A stretch of 64,000 nucleotides of DNA from assembly GCA_963934255.1 (NCBI GenBank), contig CAWVXU010000004.1, positions 1,641 to 65,640 of the forward strand, given 5' to 3'. This DNA is from an uncultured Fibrobacterales bacterium. Its GTDB lineage: Bacteria; Fibrobacterota; Fibrobacteria; Fibrobacterales; CAWVXU01. Shown here piece after piece: positions 63,919 through 64,000 of this stretch. How positions within the stretch are numbered: the stretch's first letter is position 1; each line of letters begins with the position of its first letter. Under the pieces are notes generated by a model. It worked only from the letters and a program-made list of their open reading frames with translations, ran no database searches and had not been told where the DNA came from. The position numbers and the translations under genes are program-made.

Positions 63919-63953
63919 AGCCACCTTTAGTTAACGCTAGGGTGGCTTTTTTT
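63919..63953 (+). terminator. Rho-independent terminator after ssrA
   Basis: Stem AGCCACCtTTAG / CTAgGGTGGCT, then T7. Confidence 0.65.
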
Positions 63954-64000
63954 GGTTTTAATGTGTTAATCGTGTAAGGAAGGTCAGCAATGTCCTGCCC

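Overview
AT-rich (by eye, high-30s % GC; not computed) chromosomal window from a Gram-negative-type bacterium. It is densely packed with about 60 protein genes, one tRNA-Pro(UGG) and the tmRNA (ssrA) near the right edge. Most content is housekeeping: rpsP/ffh, ilvC, leuB, a CimA-type and a LeuA-type synthase, ilvE, hisD, ruvX, typA, smc, gluQ, pilT/pilC, flgM, malic enzyme, sufE, bcp, folK/folB, alr, asd, gcvH, ssb and eno. I saw no IS elements, integrases, phage genes, CRISPR arrays or recognisable defence genes, and I cannot point to a clear multi-gene novel system. The best candidates for a second look are: (1) a single 1808-aa ORF encoding two UvrA modules fused head to tail, where the second module has lost all four Zn-module-1 cysteines and the whole insertion domain; (2) a compact namZ-murU-amgK-like MurNAc salvage trio; (3) two atypical signalling proteins, a membrane HAMP sensor with a CheA-type HPt and catalytic core but no P3/P5, and a CheX-like/kinase/pseudo-receiver hybrid next to a CheY-like receiver; (4) a tightly coupled minus-strand envelope-glycan modification operon (ArsR-methyltransferase fusion, YfhO-like membrane protein, flippase-like protein, methyltransferase, GT4). 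Gene content and composition would fit a Bdellovibrionota/Oligoflexia-like organism, but that is a guess. All family assignments come from motif recognition by eye, not from database searches.
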